DNA of 64,000 nucleotides, from positions 66,154,001-66,218,000 of the forward strand of contig OX638153.1 in assembly GCA_951804945.1 (NCBI GenBank), given 5' to 3'. Under the pieces are notes generated by a model that worked only from the letters and a program-made list of their open reading frames with translations, ran no database searches and was not told the DNA's origin. This document shows, piece after piece, positions 37,621 to 50,408 of the stretch (position 1 is its first letter; every line of letters starts with the position of its first letter). The translations under genes and the position numbers were made by a program. Source of the DNA: Podarcis cretensis. Taxonomy: Eukaryota.

Positions 37621-39617
37621 TCCATAACACTTAATCCAAAGACAAGTCCAAGTTTGATCACATAAGGCTTTTAAAACATATTTCAAAACCCTTGCTCTGG
37701 CTCTTTTCAATGCTGCTGCCTCTTTAAAAAGCTTAAACTTTGATACAGTCGAGGAATGGCCAAAGAAATGTGTTAAGCATGCTTGTGTCTTTTCAGTTTG
37801 TGGAGAACAAATAGTTGGTGATTTGGAATGTTTGTTCTGTTTGACCTTGCTGTAATCAACAGGACTTCGAAGTGTACTGTTTCAGCCCTTTTTGTTCTGC
37901 ATTTAATTATATATAATGGCTTCTATTAACAAAATGCTAACCATTTAAATTAAAATAGATTAAATTGCCACATGATTTGCTGTTGCTGTCTGAAAACGCC
38001 GATCTTGTTGAAAATTAAATTATAGCTAGACATGTAGGGTGCATGCATACTTTGTGTTTTGCACAGAAACCATTTCCATGGAATTAACAGGAGTTTGCTG
38101 CTTGCTTAATACGCCTTTTTTTAAAAAAAATAATAATTATGTGGCTTATTCGTTATTTTCCCCTCCCCCAATAACATTGGTCCAAACATGTGTGCAGATC
38201 TACTTTTTTCAGTTTCCTTTATGAGGCATTTGCAGTTTGCTAACCAGAGCTGAATTCTTTTATGCATCCCTTTGTTCTGCTGTATTCTTGCTCTTCAACT
38301 TGCTGCCAGTGACGAATGCTCCAAATTCACTGTCCTCTTTCACCTTTCATCTCTCTGGTTTGATATCCATCCTTATCCCCATATCCATCACCAGTTTCCT
38401 TTGCCTCTGGGAGTCTCCTCCTGTTTGTGTCAGAGGAGGGAAGGTCATACACAAATCTTCCTTTTTGCTGCAAATGAGACAAGGGATGCTATCCACCAAT
38501 ATGTTGCCCAGCATAAACCCATTGAAATGCAAGAGCGCTGCTGCCTGTTCATTTCTTTGGGACTTATACAGGAGAATTTTATGGTGGATTCACCACTGGA
38601 TAACCTAACTTTCTTTCTGCAAGCGTACTCTTAATTCTTCCTGCTGACCATTCTTTGGCCAAAGTGGATAACTATTCCTGCAGTCTAGTTCTTTGGCTAA
38701 AATGGAAAATAAGTGAGCTTGGTACTGTTGCTTGTTAGGTCTCTGTAACCTTAGGAGTCTGCCTCTCCACCTGCTGACATCTCAGCTTTTGATTTGTGAA
38801 GCATTTCTCTTTCAGCTGGCTGATTTTAAAAATCCACCTCCCATATGTTTTGGTAGCTCTCTCTCCCCCCTGGGTAGTTGAAATAGTATAAGACTTTAGG
38901 TGGGGGGATTCTTGCAGTTCTTTTTTTTAAAATGAGCCGTGTTTAACTTATTTTTTTTATTACAAAATTTTAAAAGTTTGACTTTTAATTGCAAAGGGGA
39001 GTTAGAGAGTAGGGTGTGTATAAACAGGATTAGAAATAACAAATGCATGGCTATGAAATGTTAGGATTTATTTATTTTGCTGTTTGTAACCATTTCTAGT
39101 AGCTAGCACTGGTAGTATCCAGGCCTTTGGGTTGCAAAGAAATTGTGGGAGCAAAGACTTGTTGTATAGGAGCAGTGTGTCCTTCTATAAATGAATAAAT
39201 AAACAGGTGAGGCACATACTGAAAAAGTAACATGATAATGTTGCAAAAGTAGCACTAGATGGCTGTCTCAATTAAGTAATACTATCTATTATTTACTTAT
39301 TTTGCTATGCCACCTGAGAATTTCGAAGTGAAGAGTTATTTGATCTCCAGTATTGGAAATGTACCTGTCTCGGGGGACAGGATAAAATACATAAGGTTAT
39401 ATCCAACATTAGTCAAACTCAGAGTAGATTGCTTGAAATGGATGGACTTAAGTAACTTAAATACGGTAACTTAATTTCAGTATGGTCTGCTCTGAGTATG
39501 ACTAACAGATGTCACACAGTCAAAGAATTTACTCCCTCCCCTTTAAAAAAAGGTATATTAAAAGGACACTGCTGTTTTTAAAGTAAATTTGAATAATGTT
39601 AAAAGTTTTTTCTTGTA

Positions 39618-39944
39618 GTAATAAGGTATAAGAATATGTAAGAATGGATTGATACTAGATGAAAATTTGAAGCTATAATATGTGAGGAAAAATAATTAAG
39701 GATAAATTAACAGGATATGAATTTGCTGAATCAATTTTTAAATGGAATACAAAAAAGGGAGGCGTGAGGAAGTCAGGAAAATAAGTTAATTAAAGACGAG
39801 AAACTAAAAAAGCGGGATTTTTGTTTTATTTTGTTTTTTCTTTTTGTTCTATGTTAAATGTTTGCATTTCTGTATTTTTGTATTTTTGTATTCTTCTTGT
39901 GTTTTTTCCTTTACTGTTAAAATGCAATAAAATATTATTTTAAA
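39618..39944 (+). mobile_element. 5'-truncated L1-type 3' end with 17-bp TSD
   Basis: TSD AAAAGTTTTTTCTTGTA at 39601-39617 and 39945-39961; T-rich 3'UTR, AATAAA, A tail. Confidence 0.7.
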
Positions 39945-40019
39945 AAAAGTTTTTTCTTGTAATGGCTTAAATGGTATTATGATCCCCTATCAATTATATT
40001 GAACCAAAGGCTGCTTTTA

Positions 40020-40217
40020 CATTGGTACCTCGGGTTAAGAACTTAATTTGTTCTGGAGGTCCATTCTTAACCTGAAACTGTTCTTAAGCTAATTGGGCCT
40101 CCCGCTGCCGCCGCGTGATTTCTGTTCTCATCCTGAAGCAAAGTTCTTAACCCAAGGTACTATTTCTGGGTTAGCGGAGTCTGTAACCTGAAACGTCTAT
40201 AATCCAAGGTACCACTG
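40020..40217. mobile_element. Tc1/mariner-type MITE
   Basis: TA|CATTGGTACCTCGG ... CCAAGGTACCACTG|TA. Confidence 0.85.
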
Positions 40218-40429
40218 TATGTGCATAAAAACTGTTGGGGAGGACTGAGTCACAAGTCATGTGTTTTCTGCAACCACAGACTAGCAAAGAGGTAGGAGAT
40301 GCTGGACTGTTTGTCACTTGGTTTATGCATGGAAGCCTCTATGGCTGATATTTGTACTCCTGTTTTAAGTCTTCAACTATTTGAACTTTGCAGTGTGCTT
40401 CATTCGAAATTACGAATATTTATCTTCAT

Positions 40430-41190
40430 TTTACTAAGCAAATAAAATGGATCAGCTGTGTACAATTATTTTCCATATATTAGATAAATATTTCCCACTC
40501 TTCTTTAAATATACGTTCTTCTTGCAAGTTCTGCATATTCTAACATAAGTTGCCAATCTTCTTTAGAGGCGACTTCGCTCACTTTCTATTTTTGGGCTAA
40601 CAGAACACGGGCCACTGTTGTTGCATACATAAACTCTTCTGGCTTGTTTATTGTTTCCCATTCTGATAAGAAATTATACATTTTAGACAGAAGTTTATCC
40701 TTATTTTGTAAAAGTTCTTTTTCAAATTGTGAGCTTTGGTCCAAAAAACCATTTTTTTGGTCTACCTTAAACATAGCATATATTTGGTGGTATTGTAACC
40801 AATCCGTTACTTGGCTTCTTAAGTTCTCCATAGGTTTCAGTCTGGGTTCGCCCCCTGCAAAGTCCAGCAATTCCATGTAAGTCACCCATTGTCTGTCCAT
40901 ATTAACTCTCTTAATTGTAATTGCTTCAATGGGGGGTGTTTTTCTTTCTAGCAGATTTATATTTCTCCCAGACTCTATACAAATTCTTCCTGAGAATGTG
41001 GTTCATACTGAACACATTCATGCCTGCCGAAGTTTAAGTCTTGGCCTTCCAAGTCTAAAATATCTGCATTATCCAATATAATCCATTCCTTTAACCAACA
41101 CAAACAAGCTGCCTCGTACAATTGCAAGTCTGGCAAAGCCCCTCTTCCTTTTGTATCTATCAAAATTTTATATTTAATTATTGGCTTTTC
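40430..41190 (-). mobile_element. Degraded L1-clade LINE ORF2 C-terminal fragment
   Basis: ORF 40975..41163 (KGRGALPDLQLYEAACLCWLKEW) and ORF 40586..40900 resemble the post-RT GGLxLP region of L1/Tx1 ORF2; internal deletions. Confidence 0.7.
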
Positions 41191-41759
41191 AGGATTGTAT
41201 TCTTAGACTAAAGGTAAATTATTATTTGTGCATGTATATGCAGCTGTAATTCTACAGTGCTTGTTGCACGTATGCAAAAAACATTTTGAATTATGCTCCT
41301 GGGCTCTGCTCAGTGTTAAACAAATGCCTTTCATTGTTTTTATAGCAGCCAGGAAACGTGAATTTCACAGTGAGGGACATTATTTTGGATGAATAATTGA
41401 AAAAGAACTTTCATTTCACCTTGATTTAAATTAATCCATGCTGCAGCACTTTGCCTTTTTGCTTCTTTTTTCTGGCAGTGCTTGCATACTTTTGAGATAA
41501 AATGTTTTCTTTGTTAAATGTTGATAAGCAGTTGATCGATGAAGTGATCCTAATCTTAAACAACAGCCATCTGCGTTTGGCAGTGTGCCACAGGGCATAA
41601 CATAACTGAAGATAGCAATATTTTCACTAATTGTGGCCTAACATCCATTATGTTAATGCAGATTTATTAGTAGTATAATTAGAATACGCACATGAGTTTG
41701 CATTGTATTTTCATTGTGGCCCCAAGATTTGAATAAACCAGCCAGCCATTAATAATGAT

Positions 41760-41975
41760 CTAGGAAGAGCCTGTGGAGTCAGGCCAGTGGTCTGTGTAGT
41801 CCAACATCCTGTTCTCACAGTGACCAACTAGATGGCTGCAGGAAACCAGCAAACAGGATTCAGGCCCAAGAGCACACTCCCACCTATGGTTTCCAGCAAC
41901 TGGTGTTCAGAAGAAGCATTGCTGCCTCTGAATGTGCAGGCAGAGCTTAGCTATCATGGCTAGTAGCCATTAATG
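41760..41975 (-). mobile_element. CR1 3'UTR fragment (same family as 1705-1900)
   Basis: Shared TTCCAGCAACTGGT.TTCAGAAG...CATTG/ACTG...TAGTA.CCA blocks. Confidence 0.65.
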
Positions 41976-42332
41976 ATATTATTCTTTGACAGTTACAACC
42001 CATGTAGCCAAGCTGCCCTCTTATTCCAAGAGTGCCATACTCTCTTTCTGAATGATCACACATGAAATAGGTGATGACTTGCCCTCCAAAGCCAGATTGT
42101 ATCGTAATTTCTTACTTTCATTGCTTTCCTCATAAGATGCTTGAGACAGACTTAGCAGTGTCCTATCGTAGGTTTCTTGTCTTTGTTTTAAAATCACTTT
42201 CTGCACTTCTGTCTTACGTAGACACGGAAGCAACAAGAAAATGGGTAAAGATGACTGGAATGGACAGGCATTAGTCTAACATACATGAGTCTTTCATTCT
42301 TTATCTCAGTTCCCCCATGCATCTTGTACATA

Positions 42333-42677
42333 TACCTGAAGGAGCGTCTCCACCCCCATTGTTCTGCCCGGACACTGAGGTCCAGCGCCAAGGGCCTTCT
42401 GGCGGTTCCCTTACTGCAAGAAGCCAAGTTACAGGGAACCAGGCGGAGGGCCTTCTCTGTAGTGGCACCCGCCCTGTGGAATGCCCTCCCACCAGATGTC
42501 AAAGAGAAAAATAACTACCAGACTTTTAGAAGACATCTGAAGGCAGCCCAGTTTAGGGAAGCTTTTAATGTTTTAACAGACTACTGTATTTTTAATACTT
42601 TGTTGGAAGCTGCCCAGAGTGGCTGGGAAAACCCAGCCAGATGGGCGGGGTATAAATTATTACTATTATTATTATTA
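42333..42677 (+). mobile_element. L2-type LINE 3' fragment with (TAT)n tail
   Basis: ORF 42285..42971 part YLKERLHPH...RAFSVVAPALWNALPPDV...FRRHLKAA. Confidence 0.85.
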
Positions 42678-45461
42678 ACATGGGAATCAAGAACCGACAT
42701 CAGAATTACCCCCAGCTGTTACAAAATTCTGGCATTGCCAAGTGATCTGCAGCTATTTCCCCTCCCATCCGTCTTTCGCCTTCCCTTGCCATTCTTCACC
42801 TTGCCCAATATTATTTTATTATATTCTGCTGAAGCAGTGCCTTGGTCTAATCTCCATAGCATACAGCAACGTTTCAGACCATTCCTCAAGTCACCTCAGG
42901 GTGCCAAGGCACACTGGTTGGAAACCAGTGATTTTCTCTCCCCCCCCCCCCCATGTTGTAAGCCTCCTTGAGCATGCTTTGAACATGGTTTTATTCCATT
43001 TCATTGTTTTCATAAGTAACATTTTCTCTAGCCTCTGCCATTCAAATCTGTGCAGCTTCGGGGGCATGATGAAACCAGCAGCTGTGCCACGAGGCTACAT
43101 TCCTGTCAGGCAGGCACTAAATCAAGTTACAGCACCCAAACGGTCTCAACTTGAGCTCAGCCTTCCTGGAACAAAGTTAAGCCACTAAACCCATACCCAG
43201 CTAGCAGGAAGTTCTGAGCAAAGGGTGTTGGGGGCCAGAAAAGGTGGCAGAGCCAGGAGAACGACAGCCTTGAGAATAGGGCCAGATCAAGGGGAGAACA
43301 TACATAATTAGTCAGACCTCTGTATGCTGGTGACAGTAAAAGTAAGGGGAGCACTGTACCACTGTTCCTGCTTTGCAGTTTGCTGAGCCTGTCAGTCATG
43401 ATTAACCCTGGAGTCCTCCTAGTACCTTTTTCTTGAGAGCCAGTATAGGAGACCAGGGTTCAAATCCCTGCCTGGCTGTGATGCTCACCGGGTGCAACCT
43501 TGGGGTGGTTGCCGTCTTCTGTCAGCCTAACCTAAAACAGATTGGCTGGCCGGCCATTTGCCAGAGATTCTTTAGCTGCGATTCCTGCATTTCAAGGAGT
43601 TGGACTTGATGACCCTTGGTGTACATTACAATTCTATGGCTCCATGAAGCTCTAAAGAGTTTGATAAAATAGATGGGAAGCATAGTTAACATGAACTCCT
43701 TGACGATCTTCTTCCATTAAGGGTTGTAGGACAGATTGTTTGTTTTTGCGGTCTGAGCTGTAGCCACATGTGCCGGCAGATGTACTTTCTGTCCCACAAT
43801 AGTGCAGATGCCACACTGGTTTTCTGTTAAGCCACCTTGTCTAAAGCAGTGACAGGCCTTGAATAGTGACATGAATATTCAGTGTTGGCTCATGCAGAGC
43901 ACATGCTCTTCTAGTCTATCCCAGCTTGACCCTGTTGCAAGAAACACTGTCTTGTACCCCAGTTTTGTTCACAGTAAGTCAGTTGTCATGATTCGGTATA
44001 TACATTCTTGATTACCATTTAAAATCTATCCACTTTTATTTACCAATACCAGGCCTAGATCCGTGTCATAGAGCCACCAAATTCCCGATGTTAGTGCCCT
44101 GTGTTAATGCTATAAGCTTTCTGAGTGGCAAGCCCTGCTAAAATGTATGTATTTGTATTAAATTTTCAGCTCTCTTCCTTCTGGGTCATTCCCCAACAAT
44201 TACAGTTTTAGGCTCCTATCCTTGTCCTTCATTTTCCTTCTGGAGCAGCGATTACACGTTTCTTAGGTGATTACAGTTGTGGATTTCAAATTTAGTTTTA
44301 AAAGCGAGGAAATACGAAGATGCTCCAGTCTCGTTCAAGCTGACTTTGCTGGGATTGCACTTGTTCCAAGAAATGTTCAAAGTAGATTATGGCCCTACCC
44401 ATAAATGCTGACTGTCTCCGCTGCTGCTGCTGCTGTTTTTCTAAGCTGGTTTGATCAGTTTTACCCAGTAGCACAGGTATTTGTAGTTAGACATCTAACT
44501 CCCACTGAACTCCTGTTGGGATGTTGGAAATATGTTGGTAACTTATTTGTTTTCAAACAAAGATCTCTGGTCAAGTTTGGAGCTCTTGCCTCATGTAGAG
44601 TTTTCAAAATGCCAGTCACATACACATGTGCACAAGTTGGGCATTGCTGGTGTGTGTGTGTGCATGTGTGCGCGCACATGCACATATTAGAGCTTAGAAT
44701 TGCCAGGAGCTGATTTAATAAAACTCTGTACTTTTCTCAGCCTCTGATTGTAAGAAAGTGCATGTTTTACCCAGGCTCCACTAAACTGCATTCCTATCTT
44801 CTGACTGATGTCCGTTTTCTTGGCAGGTTTTTAATCTGTTAGTTTCTCTGTGTGTCACCCAGTTGGAGATGCTTTTACAGCCATGAAACTTCAAATTCAT
44901 ATCTTACATCTGCTATTCATTTACTGTTTCTTAGCCTAAAATTACGTTGAGTAGTTTTTGCTGGAGAATGGACAGGCAGTTAAGCCCAAAGTCCATAGGA
45001 AATCTTAAATTACAGTTTGCAGTTGAAATTGATGAGATTATTTGGATGATGCAGAACACTTTGCTGTACTGTTGCACCCAAATAGTAGTACATTTTTTTA
45101 TTTTTCTGGAAATAAAATACTATGTATTGCTGGTATAACCTTTGATTGTATAGATTCATTATGTTCAGCATTCAGATTATATGTGGATGAGTGGGTTAAG
45201 AATGTGCTGAAATGTGGATATGAACAGTGACGTTTCCTCCTCCTTTTGTGTGTTGATTTTAAATTGTTTACTTGTCTGTTCTGTATTTTGCTTTTTGTGG
45301 GGGAAGTACACTTGTTGCAAGGCAGGTTGCAAATTCATTATTGAAAAACAATAATTTACACTTCGGATCCTGATTTCCAAACTCATGAAACTGTATTGTG
45401 ATTTTATGGAATTTTAGCACTCTTAGAGCAGAGTAACTATTGTTTCTTTCTTTCCCCAAAG

Positions 45462-45529
45462 CAGAAGCTGGCAGGCTGACAAACAGGCAGCTCACAGGAC
45501 GGACTTTCTGGCTACTGACCATTTAGCTG
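45462..45529 (+). other. HDLBP: HDLBP non-coding exon 2 (start 45462 or 45465)
   Basis: tttctttctttccccaaag/cag acceptor; CTG|GTAAGT donor; resembles the mammalian HDLBP 5'UTR as remembered. Confidence 0.8.
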
Positions 45530-47331
45530 GTAAGTTTACAGATCTATGTGGTTAAGTTTGTATGTCAGACTTCTGGCCCATGGTCCTATTGAACGCTAGG
45601 AGTTGTATTCAGCGTAGCGCTAAAAAAATTCAACCCGTGAAAGGAATTCTCTTTGCTCAATGGAACGTTCTCCACCTCTCCTCCCCCCACCCCATGCAAT
45701 CTGGTTTCTCCTCAGATAGTATAAATCTTTCGCCTTGTACCCATGCAGTCTGTTCTGGCGGTCTCCCCCTACCCTTGTGAGCAGTTTTGGGGGTGTTGCA
45801 GGGGAACAAGAGAGGGGGAAATCCTGTTGCACTAGCAAAGCTATTGAGTTCACTACCAGCCTTGTTTTTAGTACTGCCCATTAATTATTTATAGATTTCA
45901 CATGACTTACCTAAAATATTCCAGCAAGTACCTGTAACAAAGAGTGGTTCTTCAAGGTGTGTGTGCGCGCGCATGCATGCTTGCACATAAAGCTGGTATT
46001 TTAAAAGGAAACTATAGCCCACATAGTTGAATATGGTCCATGCCCAATGCAGAATGAACTTCAGCTGCTGCTTTTAAGAATTATTGTTTCTAGTGTTCCA
46101 GTAAGAAGGAAAGGGAAAAAATAGTGTTTCTTGCTAAACCCGTACCTTGAATATTCCCATCTCCTCCTAACAATAATACCCAAGTTAAAAGTAGAAAAGT
46201 GATAAAATGATTAAGGGGAGAAATTCTGTGTAAATGCTTAAAATACCTAGATTAGCTCCAAAACAAGATAATTAAGGGGGACAGAAAAGAGGTTTACAAT
46301 TGTGTAGATAAAGTGAAAAGAGATTATGTTCCCTTTCTCACAAATTGTTTCCTAATTCTTATAATTAAGAGGCAGCAGGGCTAAAAAGTAAGTACCTTTA
46401 ACATGGCACAAAATTAACTTGTTCTCTGGGACAGTTGAAGGCTAACTTTGTATAACTGCATTCAGAATAGTGCTAGAGAGTTTTGTACATGCCCAATTAA
46501 TCATGATGGTTGGGGTTATATGTCCCCACTTCCAGGTATTCTTTACTTTCTGACAATAGCAAAGTGATTATTGGCTAGATTGCTCTTTCAAAGAAATCAG
46601 GCTGCTCTATTTATTCTAAGGTATCTAGAATTGGAACTAAACCCTGCGTTTGAAGTAATGTTGATGCACCTAAATCCCTGATTTGGGTTCTGGTCATATT
46701 GAAGTTTCTGTGTATTAGGGGGGAGCATATAAGGCCAATGTTCGCTTCTCTGCCCTACAACGTGTAAAAATACATGCTGAGGTTGCATGTGAAGAGGACT
46801 AGTTACATCTATAATAGCCCACTATTTGTGGCAGATGCAGCAAAGGCAGACTGATTTAGTCAACAATTTCCCAAGATAACATCTTTTCATTTTATATTTT
46901 GTAATGTTAAAAATTCAACCAACAGCTCCTCATATTAGTGCACCTTACTGTCACTGACGTTTAAGTCTGCTTGAAGAGGCGGTGGGCATGTTGCTGTTGC
47001 TTCTAGAGGGGGAATAAGTGCTTTTGCAGCAACCTTTCCCAGCCTCAAAGGAATAACTGAAGTAATACCATGCAGCAGCGAAAGCAATGGATCAGTGTTT
47101 TTCCAGGCTGGCTGGGAAGAAAGGCACTGCTTACAGCCCTAGGAGAAATAGTTGTGGCTAGGAAGAGGTACTCAGCTAGGGACAGTTTCAGCTTGTGCCA
47201 GGCAAGTGGCCAGTCATGCCACTTCTACTTTCCCTCCCTATTTAAATGCATCCTGCTAGTAATTATTACGGTGTTTCCCCTTTTGTGCTACCAGTGGCAT
47301 ACCCGGATTGTGCGTGGGTGGGAAATCGACC

Positions 47332-47407
47332 ATGAGCTCTGTGGCAGTTTTGACCCAGGAGAGCTTTGCTGAACATCGCAGCGGCCTTGCTCAGCAGCAA
47401 GTGAAAG
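47332..47407 (+). CDS. HDLBP: HDLBP first coding exon (MSSVAVLTQESFAEHRSGLAQQQVK); exon starts 47295
   Basis: accag|TGG...ACC ATG AGC TCT...AAA G|gtaag; vigilin N-terminus; 76 coding nt. Confidence 0.96.
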
Positions 47408-48481
47408 GTAAGACTGCAAGGCAAGGCCACTGGAAAATCCCTTTTTGATAACTTCTGCATGAAAGTGGCATATTCAGCTTCTACTACATACTCAAATATT
47501 ACTTTGCTGGCAGTGTTCAAAACTCCCATTGTTCTAGGCACATTTTGCGACCAGGGATTTCTTTAGTGCACCCATTTTCTGAGCTCTGGGCGCAGTACTG
47601 CGCCATAGATTTCAGAATAAAACTGCAGAGTGGAAGGAAAGGAGGACCTTTTTCTGCTTCCCCACTTCCATCTACTCTCTGAAGACTGGATAAGAGACCC
47701 TCTTAAGAATATTAGGGGGGTGGGCAGGGGAAGGGCATGTGAAAAATGAACGTAAGATTTTAGCTACGGTTCATTCATTTTCAGCTTTGTATTCTTGTTA
47801 TAAGAAAAGAGTGCGTAGACATTCCGTTGTTGCACCCAGAACCTAGCTTTAAGGTGCCATTTAGCTCCTAGCTTTCATATCTCAGTTTCTAACACTGTTT
47901 CCTGGGGAGCCACTAGCCTGAGGGCTGAATGTGGCCCTTGAGGCCTCCCTACCCAGCCCTCATCATCTGCTGCTTTTCCTACTTCCCCTCTCTCCTTGAG
48001 AAAGCTTTTTTCAAGCCTAATTGTGGCACAGAAGGGGGTGGGGGTTACAGCTGGGGAAGGAAGAGTTAACATACCTCCAGAAATGCCCCTTGCACCATAT
48101 TTAGGCTGGGGGGGAACCTTCTAAGAAGGCCTTTTCTAGTCTAATTATAGTGGGAGAACCATCCCAGAGGGTTCAGCTGGGGTGTGAAAGCATTTAAACC
48201 TTTTACAAGGCATGTGTGTTTGTGTAGATATTGTGTGTGTGGCCTCGCCCACTTATTCCTTGACCATACTCCTTTTGGTGATGGAGGGTTGGCCAAGCTA
48301 CCATAGTGTTGGCCAAGTAGAATGCAGTTCTCAGGCTGAAGAAGGTTTCCCCACCCCTGTTGTGGGAGGGAGTGCAAGCCGGCCTTCCTGGGGTCTTTGT
48401 TGCTTGAATGAGACAGCAAGTTTGATACTCGTGTGGCAAAGGGCTGACAACAAAATACAAGGGTAAGAGAGGTTCAGAATA

Positions 48482-48706
48482 CAGTGGTACCTTGGGTTAC
48501 ATACGCTTCAGGTTACAGATGCTTCTACCCAGAAATAGTACCTCGGGTTAAGAACTTTGCTTCAGGATGAGAACAGAAATCGTGCAGCGGCGGCGCAGCA
48601 GCAGCAGGAGGCCCCATTAGCTAAAGTGATGCTTCAGGTTAAGAACAGTTTCAGGTTAAGAACGGACCTCCGGAACGAATTAAGTACTTAACCCGAGGTA
48701 CCACTG
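48482..48706. mobile_element. Tc1/mariner-type MITE (inverted relative of 40020-40217)
   Basis: TA|CAGTGGTACCTTGGG ... CCCGAGGTACCACTG|TA. Confidence 0.88.
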
Positions 48707-49831
48707 TACGAGTAGTCTGACCTGCAGGTTCTTTTTCCTAGTTCTTTTCATTCTCTCAAGCTGTTCCTTAATGTGCACCCTCTCTCCATGTGGTGTGTTT
48801 ATATACACTTCATTACACTGGTTAATGCTAGGTTAATCAGGAGAAGGGGGTGAGCTAAACGATCTTTTGGACTTTCTTAATCCTATTTTTCTATATTGGA
48901 AGCCTTATCACAACCACCAAAACGATTAAATATTTGTTCTTCTCTGTCCTTCATAGTGCTGTGTTGAGCAAGTTACAATATATGGGCAGCAGCCAACACT
49001 GCTTAACTTTACTGTGTTTAATCATTCTTCCATACAATCCTGTTAGCTGCTCTTATCAAGAAAATAGTATCCCACTATTTTGTCACAAGGTAGTGTAAGT
49101 AATAAGCAGGTGTAAATTGAATAATGAATGGGGTTTAATAAGCGTGAGCAGGTACCAGGTCAGTTTAGCTTGTCAAGGGACTCCCAGGTCGATGCATGAA
49201 GCCATGTGAAAATTGCCGAAATGAATTTTGTAGATGGTCAAGGGCTCCTTGAAGTCAAGCAGCACCAATGGGTCAGCCTGCAAGCAAAATATGTCCTACC
49301 TCCCAAGTAAAACATTAACAAAAGAAGCAGAGGAAGATCAGTTAGCTGCTGGTCCTCCCTTTCTCAATAAGAGAATAATTTGCCAATTCAGCAAGTTGTT
49401 AAGAGGTCGGCTACACAACAGCCAGTGTCAATAAGTAGTTTGGAATTAACTCTCAGGCGGGGTCATTCTGACACTAGAGGTGACTGAACTGATCATCCAC
49501 TTGTTCTTCATGCCAAACCTGCATCCCATAATTCCATTGGCTGCAGTAAGAAAAAGGGTGGTGAGGGTCCAGGGCATGTGTGTTAAATGTCAAGATTAAC
49601 TCTGATTTCCACAAAAGATAAAGGTTTCCTAATCGCTTGATAGACAGAAACAACCACTGGTGGTTTACCAAAGAGAAAGCTGCTTAATTTTGTTTGGTGG
49701 TTTCAATCATTTCTTTTAAAAGTTGTGGCCTTTGTTTTCTGCTGCTGAACTCGAGCATGTTTGGAAATCAGCAGGGTGAGCACTATTTGTGTATGAAATC
49801 CTTCATTGTTTCTTTGCTTGCTCAACTCTAG

Positions 49832-49986
49832 TTGCAGCTTTAAATGCTGAAGAAGAAAATGACCCTCCAACTTACAAGGATGCCTTCCCTCCTCTCCCTG
49901 AGAAAGCAGCATGTTTGGAACCAGCCCAGGAACCTGCTGGTGCCTGGAGCAAAATCCGACCAATCAAGGCTTCTGTCATCACTCAG
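49832..49986 (+). CDS. HDLBP: HDLBP coding exon (VAALNAEEENDPPTYKDAFPPLPEKAAC...KASVITQ)
   Basis: ctag|TT GCA...CAG|gtcag; 155 nt. Confidence 0.96.
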
Positions 49987-50408
49987 GTCAGAACAAAAGA
50001 GGATTTCCCTCCTCTTTTACCCAACACTTCGTTTTCTACTGTAAGCTTTGAAGACAAATGCTTTTCATTATCCCTCCAGCATGTTGTTGCAGGGGAGAAA
50101 GTGTTGCAATAAAGATAACTAAGTGACCAGAGCTAGCTTAAAGACTATTTGGAGCAGGACGGCATTTGCTTGACCAGTCAGTTTTTGGAGAATTCTGTCA
50201 TTGTAGTCTGAGGCATTCCCAGATATTGACCTTACTCAGTTAGTGACATCAGAGCCCTGAATGCTACATTAATCCTGTGCTAAACTAAAGGGGTGGTCAG
50301 GGTAGCTGACCTCCAAAAGTAGCCTCCACTCTAAAAGTTAAGTATCTTTTTGTGTTGAAATCTAAGGTTTCACTTAGTCACATCATGGAGGGTTGTTCCC
50401 AGTATGTA

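Noticed and set aside
42285-42971. 228-aa ORF
   Set aside because: L2 ORF2 tail read through a (TAT)n microsatellite into intron sequence.
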